DNA of 64,000 nt from NCBI RefSeq assembly GCF_964355755.1, contig NC_092673.1, positions 2,914,001 through 2,978,000 of the forward strand, written 5' to 3'. Origin of the DNA: Antedon mediterranea (Eukaryota > Animalia > Echinodermata). This document shows positions 26,901-41,900 of this stretch, in pieces. Position 1 is the first letter of the stretch. Every line of letters starts with the position of its first letter. The notes beneath the pieces are model-generated. The model was given only the letters and a program-made list of their open reading frames with translations, did not search any database and had not been told where the DNA came from. A program made the position numbers and the translations under genes.

Positions 26901-29900
26901 CTTCACATTTCAAATTTTCCAAACAAAAAATTTATACCATATTCTTTTTATTATGTACTAAAGAATACTTGAAAACAAGGGATTAAATTAGTTCCGATCG
27001 TCATGGTAACTAACTCCAAGGTATTAAATATTGTATTAACACATAATATAGTTTAATGCTTGGATGAAAATGAACGAGTTATGCTACATAAATCAATCAA
27101 TGCGTCCTATATCAATTTCTCAATTTACTTACTGAGCCAAAATGAAGGTAATTTATTGCTATTTATTAGAATTAGCTATAGTGATGATAAGTGAAGTTAG
27201 CTCCAGGTATTATTTTGTTTCTTGGGATGGGGATGGGAATGGTATTAGCGGGAGGCCGACGACTGAACATCGTCTAAAGCTCTATCTACACTATCAAACT
27301 TTATGTGACAAACAAAATGTGATGTGTTTATATATGGACATGATGATATCATATCATACCATATTTGGGCATATCACTACCTTATTTGTGTATATCACAC
27401 CTATGCCTAGATAGTGTAGACTAAGCTTTAGTTTGGGAGTAAACTGGTAGTAGCTACCCATGGCGTATAATGTCTTCATACAGCTTCTCTAAACGAAGAA
27501 CAATTCATATAGGCGTAGCCTAATACATTAAGCCAAGGTAGATATTGGAACACCTTGTACAAAATTCTCAAAAATACGGATGTTACGTCTATAATGTGAA
27601 ATTATGACCTGTTTTTGAAAGTGAAAATTAATAGCGTGTCGTGTCCTGATCATTATGTTTGTCATTATAGACTCATGTTCCTTCCGCTCACTCTGCTGTT
27701 TGTTTTAACAGTTATCTCATTTTTCATCATAACAATAGGTTGCTGCTATTATTCATAAATCACGAACCTTTACAAAAATGTAGTTTTTACTTTAAAGACT
27801 TTATACCTCCATGTTTAACAAAATTGCATGGAAACGGTAAATGAATACATACACACCCCGGAGCCGTTCAAAAGGTGGCAAATAAAATTACAGAGAAAAT
27901 GGGCTTTTAGATATTTAAAATTTCAATAAAATTCATATAAAATTCCAAAAATGCTTTGCAGGAGATACCATTATACTGTTTACAATTAATAATATTAATT
28001 AATTAAACTTTTGGAAACCAATATTTATATTTCTGAAAAGGTCTGTAGGAACGAAACACTGGGTGAGAAGAGAGCAGGTTTATGTACATTTAGAGTTGAT
28101 TATTCAATTAGAAAAAGAAAAGTTTGGCAGAAAATCCAGAAAAGTAGGCCTAACTCAATATATCAAAATATCTACAGCTATATAATGTAAAATCCACTTT
28201 ATGGGAAGCTTCTAAATGGTTGCATTTACTCACTCCATGTAATGTATTCGTTTATTACTGTAATAATTATTGATTGTTTGAAAATTACGAAAATGCATGT
28301 ATAATGACATAATGACTGAGTCGTGTGTAAAGACGTTACAATGTGATTAACAATCTTTTGTAGGCTTTGATGTTTTCTATGAAATGTTTTCAACATGTAT
28401 CAGTCAATGTCACGCAACCTTTCTTACGTAGATAAATAACTTTATTAACATCAAAACATAGTCATTAATTTGCTTTCGGTAAAGTAATTTGTTTTGTTTG
28501 TTTGGGGATTTTTAAAAATTTTTCTCGGTATTAGTTTTGTATTTGATAATATCATTTTGATATTAGGTTTTTTTTATTGTCATTGTTATCTGTTGATAAC
28601 GTTATATCATAGTTTTCAGAATTCTTGCGGAATTCCTGTGGCCTAGTTATTGCAATCATTCCCGGACAAAAACACATGAAGGCTGCCTACGCTTTGTTGA
28701 ATTTAGGAATGCTCTCCGAATATATTCATACATATTATGTTGTACTGTTTAGTTAGCATACCTTCTTTTTTCTGAGTGAGATTCTGGTGGTATAGTTATA
28801 TGTCTAGTTCTTAATTCTGTGAGTGGGTATTGTACCTCCACGTTTATCTGCGCTTGTATTAGGACCTCTCGGAATACTAATTAGGCTACTCGTGTAACTT
28901 CTCCTGCTTTAAGAGATACTGGTAGGCATATAGGTGTTTGTTTACGTTTAAGGTCCATTTACACTAGGATGATAACGATCGACGATATAAATAGATAATT
29001 ATGCATTTTTCATATATATAAAAAAAGAAATCTAACAAGTTCTCATCCTATAAACTATAGTAATGTTACCGGTGGGAATAAAGGACGCCTTGAAACTTTC
29101 ATCCGTCGGGCTGGTAAAATGATTGGTCTGGAACTGCCTTCCATTACCGATGTGCACCTAGAACACCTCCAGAAAGATTTCGAACGCATTGAGTCGGATG
29201 CCTCTCATCCTCTCCACAAAGTGATCATAGACCAACTTAATCCAAGTGGTAGATTGAGGCTCCTCAGTGTGAAAACAAATCGATATGCCAAATCCTTTAT
29301 TTCCTCCGGTATCATCCAGTACAACAGGAAGTCAAAAAGATAATATTATCTTGTATTTTTTTAGCTGTTTTTATATGAATGGTTATATGCTATATGTGTA
29401 TTTATTGTATTTTCTTTGTTTTTTTTATTATGACGAGCATTGAATTTCCTTTTTGAGGATCAATAAAAGTTATCTTATCTTATCTTATCTTATACTACTA
29501 TATTCTTCCTTTGATGATGTTCACACGTCCAATCAAATGATGTCAAGATTGATAAGAAAAATAATATCGTGACAACAATTTTATTGTTTTTAATAATCAT
29601 GACGTCATTTGATTGTGATTAAAAAATATGGGTTTTTTTTATCAAAGACAGCATAAATGGTTATCCTATAGTTCTAGAACGAAAAACCTTTATTATTTAT
29701 TTTGTTGTGTAATAAAAATGCATGCTTATCTTTCTCGTCCTAGTGTAAATGAGTCTGTATTTCTATGAGAATGACCTTTAAATTAAAAAGGAGATTTTTT
29801 GGTGTTCCGCCATCCAAACAAAGTTTTAAAACGTTATTATAATCTTTGTTCATCAAATAAAGGATTGACCCACTAATTTATTATATGAATTGAATTAGGT

Positions 29901-32900
29901 CATGTTTCATTCTGTCACACTTGACTGCTTTCAATATATTGCATATGTTATTAATCATTTGAAATCTTAACATCCGGGTTTTGGGTATCAATACTTCCTT
30001 ATCAATAATTCCACACGCAATAGTCTCCTTGTGGGGATAGTCCGATGAGACCGAACAAGGTAAATGGACTTGTGCCAGTGCCTTTGGATGCAACGTAAAG
30101 CTCTGTCTACACTATCACTTCAAATCAAACTTGACAAAAAAATGTGATGTGCCCATCATAATAGACATGATGATGTCATATCACTGCCATATTTGTGCAC
30201 ACCACACATTTTTTTTAACTAGTTTGACCTGGCACATCTTTATAAGCCTTTAAGCAGCTACGACGAGAGAGGTGGACATTTTGAGAACATTCGAGTTGTT
30301 TTTTGTTTTCATTTTTAAATTTTAAATTCTTTACTGTGATCACTTCGATATTTAAATGTCTTGTCAAAGTCACAGTGGTCGGTGGTTTTCCTTGATTTAC
30401 CATATCATTCAAGAACCGTAAAGATACATATTATGACTATGCACTATAATGTGTCACTATAATAATCACTAGTAGAAGATTATTTGGATTTGATATGGAT
30501 TAATATGTCGGGATTTGATAATAATCCCAAGTTAGTTTTAATTGCTCCTGATTTAAATAATCTTGAGTCGGCACACTTTCTTTCTTCTTCCCCATAATAT
30601 TGTCTTATTTTAAAAAAAATTACGATCTTTACCAAACACATTGAAATAATAGCACGACAACATTGTGGCAATTTAAGGACATACTTTAAAGACCAATTCT
30701 AGATCTCCTTAAAATCTGGCGCTTTTTTGCACGCCCCTTCTTTCGACGACAAAGGGCGTTAAAGACTTTCTAGTATAATTTTAGTTTGGGCCCATTGCCT
30801 AGCAGATCACTGTCTGCAAGTAATGTAATAATTTACATAACAAGACAACTGAAATCATGTTGATCAAAGACAATAAGAACGAAATATGAATCACTTAACA
30901 TCTAATAACGAGAGGATGTCTTAAAGATTTAAAATTCCAGTGAGTCAAAATGACTGTGCAGCGGCATTTAAGTTGAATTGACGTTTTGTGGGCACCATGG
31001 CTGCTTGTTGACATTTTGTATCACAGCCACGTGGATTACACACCGGCTTGACTAATTGACAGAATCGAAAGAAAGGGGGCTTTCAAATTCTTTATAATTA
31101 AGTTAATTAAGCAGTGGAGATATGGCTGTTGTTTTCTTTCCCTTTAAACAGATATGAATTATGTTGTAGCTGTTAGTATTTAGGCGTGCTTTGTTAAAAC
31201 CGAATGTCACTAACCAACGATATTATATATTGTAGGCCTGTAGCTAAAGCTTGGTTCCCACTAGAACGTAACGCAAGGACGTAAACGCAACGCAAGCGTT
31301 TCAACCAATGACAAGCGAAGTTATAGACAGTTAGCAATCACAAGCGAATAAGCCATCGCTTGTGATTGGTCAATTCACTTGTGTTGCGTTACGTCCTTGT
31401 GTTGCGTCGCTAGTGGGAACCACGCTTTAGGACGAACATTTTCTGCAGTTTTGTAGTTCTGTTGGGAAGAAATACAGCCCCCTACTAGTGGCTCTTGCAT
31501 GGAAGCCTACATCAGCTAAAATATAAATCTGTATAATAAAGAAAGAAAAATAACAGCCAAAACAGCCAATCATATTTCCTGCATAGCCTAATTAACTTGA
31601 TTATAAAGAATTTGAACCCCTTTCGTATATTAACATAGGCTGTTAGAGTTGGCCCTTACGCCTAGTTATATTGCGAAATCAGATTTTTAATTGATGGGTT
31701 TCAATGGGGATTTCAAAACATACCGTATGCCTTAAATAATAAAAGGACCCGGGGCGAGTTATATCTCAACCCCTGGATCCACCTACGTTTTTTCTCTGAG
31801 ATTCTTGATCTGTGTTGTGTTTATTGCAAGTTTATCATTCATTATGTGACTTTAGTTTGTAATATGAGCGTTAGAGACATCGATATTTTATTAGGCCTAC
31901 TGGTCCTTGATTTTAGAAATAAACTACGAAGCGGAATACAGTAGAGTATTAGGAGTTGGGTAGTTGAGTGGTTAGGACATTTGACTGTCACACAAGAGAG
32001 ACCGGGTTCAATTCTACTCGGCTGTAAATGAGTACCTGATTAAAAATACTAGGGAGGACAAGGCGCTGTGGAAAGTAACTGGCCACCCTCCACATAATGC
32101 CGAGGCAAAATGAGCTCCCCGATGAGCTCCTAACAGTTCATTACTCATTATGTTCAGAATTGAATACGGGACCTTTACCTGTTTTTGTTTTGTTGCTGTT
32201 GTTTTTGTATAATATTATGTACCATTATATGAGCGTGATGGAGATTGCGTTAACACTGGATAACTACTTATACCTGGTCTTGCATTATTTAGACTATAAC
32301 AGATGGCATTTTGATATAATATTGATTGATAATACAACAGCCATCATGATATTGATGATACACACGACGCAGGTAGTGAGTTTAGTCCAGATATAATCCT
32401 CCCGACTGTACGCGCTTAAATCACGCAGTTTTAAGTAGGTGCTTATTCGATGCGAACAAGCAGAACACGTCATAACGTGAAAATGATTAATGTGTGATAT
32501 TTAGGTGACAGACAGTGTACTGTTGTCAGTTTGTTAACTAAATACACGAATTGTAAAATATGATAAACACAATCTATTTGAGTCAAAGTGCAAGTCCCTG
32601 GTAGGCCTACAAAAATGTTTCAATTTCTTATGCAATAATTCTCGTGGTGTCGCTGACGAAATTACACTTTTCCCTGTGACAAAATAATGGTCTACTATCA
32701 TGCCTGCTTGAAAGTAAACCTGCGATGTTTGAAACACTATTGCGTCGTCGGTTTCTACTTGTGATTACGCAATATTTTGCGTCGATACGTCGCTGCGTTG
32801 CGTTCTCTAGTGGAAACACGCTTTAGCTCCAGAACGCAAGGATGTGGACACAACGCACGAGTTAACACGTACACGCGACAGTTTGGATAAGCTATCGCGT

Positions 32901-35900
32901 CATGGCTCAGTAGTCACTTGCGGCGCGCTTGCTTCAGTGGGAACCATTGAATTTAAATTTAAATTTATATTTATACTGGGTAACCTCTTCAGTCAAAGAC
33001 TGGTCTCCCAGAGGGCCCAGTTGGTGATAAGTGGCTGTGATGTACTAACTAACTAAACACCGGGGTAACCCCCTACTCGTCTCGAAAGATGTACTAGGTT
33101 CTTTAAAGTTCACACGAGCTAGATGTGTACACTGGACCTACGGTTTATAGTCCTTATCCGAGAAGACTCGTTCTACCACCAGAACCATGGAGTGAGTGAG
33201 CCTCGAACCCCTGCCGATGTTATGGCTACGTAATTACGGTTCCACTGTCTTAACCGCTCGGCCACTCACTCACTCACCAAGCTTTTAAAATTAAATACAC
33301 GTCATCGAAAGCAAAACTATGTTTCAACATTTGTTTAGTAAACATGCGTTGTCATAAATGAAAAACTTATGCCATGGAACATGGAAGATCGGTTCTCAAT
33401 ATGATTATCTATATAGGCCCTAAATGGCTGGTGAAATCTTAGGGAATGCACCGCCCAAATCAATTGGAATAACAAATGATTCACGAGTGCTACAACGTAC
33501 TTTTACCTACTAAAAATGATGACATTATGAATATGTGTTTACATGAAATGTTTTGATAAAATAACCAGACAAGCACTTGATTTGCTTGTTGCAATATATG
33601 ATTTAAACTGTATACAGTCAAAGTCGTTGACTCCGCCCACTGTCTTGCCATTGGCTCGAAATATTGGCTTTGATTACGTAATGATCCTTTTTACACATGC
33701 CCGTGACTAACCGTGACGTCATAGTTCGTAATCTATAAAGCACTGGTGCTTTACAAAGAGCTCATACACTAAAGCAACCTGACAAACAAAAGAGCTGGAA
33801 AATACGAGATTACATCATACCTAAATACAGACGTGTTTTATACTTGTGGGTATATACCAGCTTTTATTTCAGACTTTATCATTTGATATTTTCATCCAAC
33901 GAATTCAAGTAACTAATACTATAAACAACACAGTTGAAATGGAAGAATTTGGCCAGGATACAACATGCTACTCTGAACGAAGAATGGCAAGGCGCAACGC
34001 ACTGCCGAATGTGATGGAAGGTATTGAGCCTAACCAGTTGCAGAACCTGAGAGTACCTCTTCTTGGTTTGCCGAACTATACCAGTGACGAGGAACACGAT
34101 GAAACCTGTGATTTACCCCATGTTACCACCAGTTCATCTGAATGTTTCTTGTCGATTTTGTCATACGATGTCGCCAATAACAAGCACAACGCAGCAGATG
34201 AACACAATGTGAGCATAGGAGGACAGCATTCGAATGTCATGGATAAGGACATTATGAACATTCCTTGTTATCGTCGTCGAAGGAACGCGTTACCCGACGC
34301 GTTAGCCATACTTGACGACAAAAGCCGACAGAGAATAAGCTCACTGGGATCAAAGCACCGCGGGAAATATGGATTAAGGCCGTGGTAAAAGAAACAGTTA
34401 TTTTCTTGCAGGACTTTTTTAAATGCATAACTCGTTTATTATAAACAATGATATATAAATACAAGTCAATAATCACAGCGGTATAATGTTCAACTAATGA
34501 TTTATAAGCAGGACTTATGTTCAACCAAACTTAGCAGACGAACTTTGAAATTTTAGAAACACACAGACTAACTACTGTACAAGTTACATACGTCAACATT
34601 TTCTTCACTCAAGTTCTTTTTTAGTCGGCAAGTTTTGTTCTTGGCGAGCCTACTTGACATTTCCAACTCGCATAAAGACTTTGAATGCACGGTCCAAGTC
34701 ACGGGGACTGTTTTTCTGGCGCCGCTTGTCTTACATTATATTGTAGTAATTGAGCATTAATGTAAAACCAATACTGTACTAACAAACTAAAATATTCGTA
34801 TATTTAAATTTTTAAATCACTAAATCACTGAATTAATATTATTTAATAACACGTACATTATCTTTAATATTATGTAAACATATGATAAGTCATATTATAC
34901 TACTATAGGAACAGAGAAATATTATATTCTTGGGATAATGCGAACAATGCAATCTTTATCATCGATAAGGCTCTGTAATCAAGTTGTTTTATTATTGTCT
35001 GTCTGAACCATTATTGCTAAACTTCATATTTCACGTGAGTTTTGCTGCCCTTATCTTATGTTGTTACGATTAGGCCTAGGTACATTTTGGAAAGTAATAA
35101 TACTGTACAGCAAGTAATAAAAGCTAAGCTTATCTTGGCAAATAAATGTCTTCACTTTCAACGTTGTTCATCACAAAACGGCCAGTTTTTCTGAGTAATT
35201 GCTATGGTATATAGCCGTAATGCTGCTATATACTCTAAATGAATATAAATCACAGATATAGACGAGTTTATTTCGCCTTCCGACAAACCGTTTATATTAT
35301 GTATGCATATGTGTCTTTCATGTTTTAGGAAAGATAATTTCGATATTAAAAGCATTTTTTCACGAATTGATTAATAAAGAATAAACTATTTAATATAAAT
35401 TATTCTGATTGTTGTAATATTTTGTTATGTATGTGGGCGTGACGGTTGCTAGACCTAAGGTGGGAGGTGTTCGTTGTCGAGTCATAGTGAGGTGTTCGGA
35501 CGTTTCTTAAGTAAACTCGGATATAGGCACAGTAATCACTTCCTCGTCGGTATCCAGAACACAGGATAGATACAGGTAGCAGTCCGTTCAGATGGGTATT
35601 AACGGGTATATACCTTAGTCCGTTCAGATGAGTGTTGTTATACTACAACGATGAAGCAGCAGAGTGTGTATGGTGCGCTAGATAAAACATAATTATCATC
35701 ATTACAGTGTGAACGTTATACAATGCAGTATTGATATTAGACCACATTGACGAATGTCAAATAGGCCTACCATAATAGTCATAATAATCATGGTATAATG
35801 ACTATCATAATAGTCATTATATCATTTGACTGATAGTTTGTGGTTTTTCGGGTTTTTATTAGTAACTCTATATCCCACAATTAATTGCAAGATTCCAGTT

Positions 35901-38900
35901 TTTGATGATTGGGGTATATCTTGTTTTCTTCTACAGAGAGTATGCTATGTTGTGTCGCACTGAAATTGCGTTCATTTAACATACAGCAACAATATAGTAT
36001 TGAAGCCATTGCCACTATAAATGTGCTATGTTGTTTTGGAGTGTTTTCCTCGGCCCAACGTCTCTGTTATATTGATACAGTGTGGTAAATGATTTAAAGT
36101 AAAGACGTCATTTCCGTTCTACAGGTTGAATGTTTTCATGTCTCTAGTAGTGCATACGATATGGCAACATTCGATAGCCCGATGTAGGCTAACAATTATA
36201 AGCAAGCCAATCTTTAACACACGTTTGTGCTTTTTTTACCTATATGTCAAATTACCAAGCACATATTTGGAATATTTAATGATTATATTCTTCACTCTCG
36301 GCAAACTGAGATTCAATTTTATATTAAAAACATTGAAAAACACGGACAGTGAAATGTCATTTATATGTATCACTTTTGCACCTCATTTCACAACAGTAGG
36401 CCTAAATGCTAGATCTTATTCAAAATAGGCCTACTCGTCGCGTCGTCAAAATTAATAGACAAGCGGTCGTTTAAAAAAAACTACTAATTGCGTGGCGCAC
36501 CTGTAGCGCGACGCAGTTATATATTTGTAAACGTCGTACGTCATGGTAACTTTACAGCCTACTCTATGAGAGCTATAGGCCTACCCAGAAATATTTCAAC
36601 CATTATTTACTGGTAGTCCTATCACAAATCTCAATACACACACTCTGAATAAGTTAACTTATTTCTCTATGCTTTCACCGATTAAGCTAGTTATGCCATC
36701 ACCGGCAGGCCTATCTACCGTAGGCTACACCATCAATTAAAAAAAATCATCCCTCGTTATTGAATTCTGAACGAGTAATGATAATTCGTTCCATATCATT
36801 AAACAAGATAACTATATAAGATTACAATGTACTTTATTGTAGACTGTATTGCTACTGTTGCCATGACTATTGTTGATTGCAGTAGCGGCATACTTCAGTA
36901 CCGTACCTAAACAAGTTAATATTACTGATTAGTTGAATTTCCTGAACATCTGGCACTTTGCTTGTTGTTAATAAAAGTGAATTCATGTATGGTTTCGGGC
37001 CAAGGTTGATAATAATGTTATAATAATGAATAACCTACTTTCAGATTGTTCATGTAAAGAAAAAAACAATAAACAAACATCTATGAGACATCTATGAGAG
37101 CTTAAAGCTCTATCTACACTATCAAACGTTATGTTTGATGTGCCAAAATAGTGATATGCTCAAAAAGGTATAATAGTCATATGACATCATCATGTCCAAA
37201 TATGGGCACATCACACTTTTTTTGTCACTTTAGTTGTAGGTATAAAAAATGCATATTTATCTTTCTATCGTCGACTGTTATCGCCCTAGTGTAAATGGCC
37301 TTTAAAGATCCATATTTTGCGCGCGTGCACACGTAGTTCGTGTGCACGCAAAATAAATCAAAGTTATCAGTGTTGGTGGGACCGGGAAGCGTTTCGTATG
37401 GTTAGGGTTTTAATTCATAAACATTTAAAATATAAATTGCAATTGAGTGCCACTTTAAAAAAGGACAAGGTGACAGTGAGTTTGGAAAACCAAAAACAAA
37501 ATTGAGTCGAATGATGATATGGTCTGGGGAATAATTCCCTGGGAAAGTAGGCCTACCCTTTTCTTTTTTTTATTAAAAAAAGAATAAAACGGTTTTTTTT
37601 TTTATTTCCGTCAGCAATAAAAAAATTATGAAAACCACCTGATGTATTATATGGCAACCAATGAATGGTATTGTTCAGAAACTAGGTGCGTAATAACGAA
37701 TCCCTGATGAATTGTTATGCAATGACTCTACCACCAGAATACTTCATATCAAAATTCCCCTATAAAGAATCGGTTATTGCTTGCAGGCTCGATCATGTAG
37801 AGGCCTAACATTCCAGTAGTTCTGTGAAATCAAATACTGTAATGCGCTTCACATGTGCTCCTCAAGCATTCACCAATGAAATATATAGAACGGTAAATCG
37901 GTAGCACTATTTGGGGTAATACATACCCGTCCTACTTAAACAAACTGTTATTGATCCAAAAGAAAACCGTAAGATACATAGCAAATGCTCCTTTATCCCA
38001 TTCCAATCCTTTATTGGTTATCCGCAACGAAGTTGCAGGATAACCTCTTGTGATTGTACGAAATCATTCTGTATGATTTTTGTGTAACGCTTTTCTCTAA
38101 AACTCGCAAACATAACATTTCGGTAACTATCTTAACATATTGACATTTACGTAACGTCGTCAAGCGAAGCTTTTCATGACGTTTACAATTGCGCAACGTG
38201 ACTTACGCGCGATTTAACGATTTTGTCGTATTTAACATAGCTCGACAACCAAATAACATTTCAACTTGAAACTTTGCAAAAGTTTAATTTATATCATGCG
38301 CTAACTTTCTGTTGAAAAAAAATTCCGTGTTTTAAACAAAGTTACGCGCGCACGCGCATTTAAAATTTCAAAATGCGCAAAATTAATTTCTAATCAACTT
38401 TCTACGCGTTTCATGTCGTTTTAAGCATGTCAAAAATTCCCGCGCGTGCGCACATTTTTACGTGTGCGGTGCACACGTAGCATTGAAAACGTATTTTTTT
38501 TCGTAATTTATGTTTTTCCAGCCTTTTCTAGTAATTTTACCAAATTTTAAACAATTTCGACTTAAAGATACGTCATACGAGCACGTCGAATTGAACAATT
38601 TGCGCGCGTTTTTTATGAAAAGGTTAAACAATTCGTTTAAAATATGCCTTTTTTTAAACAGTCGTAATTTCTAAACTAGACGGTCAACTTTTTGTGGATG
38701 ACATATTCTAGAAGTAGATGAGTTGTAGATATCGGATCAGGTATTAATATGGCTAACCGGACATTGTGACGTCATCGTATGGCCACGCGAATATAAAATT
38801 TAGGATTTTTGTATCTTTCGTCATAGCTCATCACATTGAATAGAGCGCATCTCCACTTATCCGTTTTCTATTTTCACCCCGATTTTGATATTGTCTAGGT

Positions 38901-41900
38901 CAATCAACTATCTTTCGCATGAGTTAAAAATATTTTAATTTTTTTGACGTCATCATGCCTAAAAATTTAAATCACGTGTGGCATTAATTTCATCTTTACA
39001 GTAAATTTTAATCTGTTATAGCTCGTAAGAATAAAATGTGATAATCACGATTAAAACTTTTCCTGGAAGCTATTGGATTGTAGATACGAAATTATGTAAA
39101 AATGTTGCCAATCGGATGTTGTGACGTCATCATATGGCCAGTTAAATAAAAAAGGTCGTATTTTCATCTTTTGCGTCATAATTCATTACATTTAAAAGAG
39201 CGCGCATCAATATTTAACGTATTCAAATTTCTTCTACACGCTAATACGTTGTTGCTGAGATAATTTCCTTTCGGAATTGCTAACTTCGCGTTTCATTTTA
39301 AAACCGTCAACATGTTAAAAATTGCAATAAATAGCGGGTCCCGTAATTTCACCTATTCTACACTGTATGTGATATGGATACAGATTATACTGTGTATACT
39401 ATATATGAATTTAAATAATAAAATTCAGCAATAACAACATATCATATTCTTCAGTTCAGGTCATAATGCCAACGTGAACACTTCCTTTTGTCCTCAACCT
39501 ATCCCTTTAATGTTAATGTTGCACCACTTGCGCGGCGGATAACCAAACTCGTCAAAGTGACGAGTTACATGTCTAGTTTTCTTCTTTTGGTCTTCTTAAA
39601 ATTCAGGATATTAACCATCTTCAACAAAGTGTTTTCCTCTATTCATGGCTAAACTCGATCCTGCCATCACACTTTGATGATTTATTTAGTTTCAATCTTA
39701 ATTTTCATAACCACAGTACTCGGAGCGCAAATCAAATACGTATTCCTTTTTTTAAAACTACTTCTTTTAAACATAGCATTAAGTTCACTGGTCCTAAACT
39801 TTGGGATAACGTACCAGTTAATATAAAAAGTGCTTTGTCTAAGAAGATTTTTTCTTTTAAATTGAAACGGCACCTGTTATCTAGTTATGTTTAATTATCC
39901 TTTCACTCATTGTAGTTTTGATATTTAGTCTTTTCGGTACCCTGAATCTAAAAGTCTTCATTACTGTTTTTGTCCTGTTTCCGGTTCCCGTGTTGTCCTG
40001 TTTTTGTTTTTTTTTTCATTTTCTATGGGCTGCCTTATACAAGCTTTGCTTTTTAGGAATGTTGCCCCTCTTATTTTAATAATTTTTACTGTTAATTTTT
40101 ATTTTCTATGAAAGACAAGAGAAATAAATGTTACTTTGATTGATTGATTGATTGAAAATCCTTTAGGGCACAATTTATTGAGAGACCTACTGTACCTTTA
40201 TAGTATGATGTATTTATGCTTTGTCTGCACTATCAACATGTATGTGACAATGTGATGTGCCCATGGACATGATGATGTCATATCACTACCTTATTTGGGT
40301 ATATTACTACCACATTTGGGCACATCACACTTTTTTTGTCAAAATAATTTGATAGTGTTATAGACAGAGCTTAAGGCCTATTTGAGAATTATCATCTAAA
40401 GGCAGAGTATTGGCAAAAATACGTTAGGCCTATATAGTTTGTAATTGCTAGGCCTATATTCTTTTATACTATTAGTTTGTAAGCCACAATATACACTAAT
40501 ATAAACATGGTAGACCTACGGAGACAACTCCTGGAGTCGATGGAATTGTTATAACCGTGTCGTCATCCATTCATACCAATGTGTTGGTGTTTTTGAACTG
40601 AACTGAACTTTTATTGTATCTCTTTTAAATCAGAGGCACAGTCTCAATGAGATGTGCAACAAGTTTACAGTGAAAAATAATACATACACACTTAAATATA
40701 AATACAAAACAAGAAATTAGACATGAGAACAAAATTACAAAAAAAAAAATTTAAGAAAACTGAGACAGATTAAATACTAAGAAAATGGATAAATTAAGTT
40801 TGAGAAGGAATTGTATTATATATATCATTTCGTGTGTTCCAAGCCATGGTCAGAAAAATTTTGCAATGTTTGTCGAAAATAATACTTGCTGGGTGTTGAT
40901 CAACTGAAAGTAATCCTTCTTACTGCGCAGCTTGAGGCTAAAAACTGAATTCCATGCCGCGGTGCAATTCTTCTTCTTGTAGTTTCTACGTAAGTAGCCT
41001 CTGTAGTACATATCCTTTCTAATTTCCATGGTTTTATTCATTTAAAATAACCGCAAAGAATGTCTATTTTGTTAACAAACGTTTGTGGCAAAAAAAAAAA
41101 AAAAACGTTTTTGCTCGTAATTTATGATTCATATCGTTGCTTCCTAATGTCAGATTTGCATAAAAATGTACTTCCAACTATTATTAGATATTCTTCTAAT
41201 CAACTAACACAATTTTTAAAATTGAAAATAAATATTCGTGCGCTTGTCTCTTTAAATGTAACATTATAGAAAGGTAGATTGATTTATCAATAAAAAAAAA
41301 CCTTCATTGAATGTTTTTTTCCATCTAAAATAACAATTCTGTGAATTTGTCAAATTGGAAGCTCACATCCTTGTGGTTTCAATATATAGGCCTATGTTGT
41401 ATTGACCAATAATTGTATTTTATACCATAAACTTTCCTTGCTTTGTGATTACATCATGTGATGACGTCACAATACGGAACACGGATTGATTTTTATTATT
41501 GGTTGTAATTTGCCACATTTTGTCTTTTCCCATGAGTAATGGTATAATGCATGGTACTGTTGGTATATCAAGGATAACGAGTATGGAGCGCCAAATACCT
41601 GCTATTTACTTTAACCCTAACGCTTTCAAACTGGATGCGATGGATATGTATGGCGCGCTAAGTAAAATAATTTGTCCGTGCTTACTCTAAGGTATCTCTA
41701 TTGCAATCTTAAGATATTTCTATTAAAAATAAGGAACCTTTATTGAACCAAGATATCTACTATCTTCCGAATAAATGACAGTGGCGCGCCATACTATATA
41801 CGGATGTTGTAGTGGATCTCTTCTTAGGCTTGTAAATCTTGTAGAATGGTCTGAACTTAGCGGCCTACTTTCCTCAGTGAATGTTTGCAAAATCGCCGTT

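Noticed and set aside
25404-26972. Three long overlapping ORFs (522, 376 and 366 aa)
   Set aside because: Artefact of a stop-free 50-bp satellite cycling through all three frames.
33846-33938. 31-aa N-terminal extension of the nested ORF from a GTG start
   Set aside because: ATG 33939 is the first ATG, has strong Kozak context and gives PKI-like spacing.
40595-41041. - strand 63-aa ORF as a nested gene
   Set aside because: No recognisable homology; it runs into what looks like a LINE 3' end with a (TTCAG)n tail.
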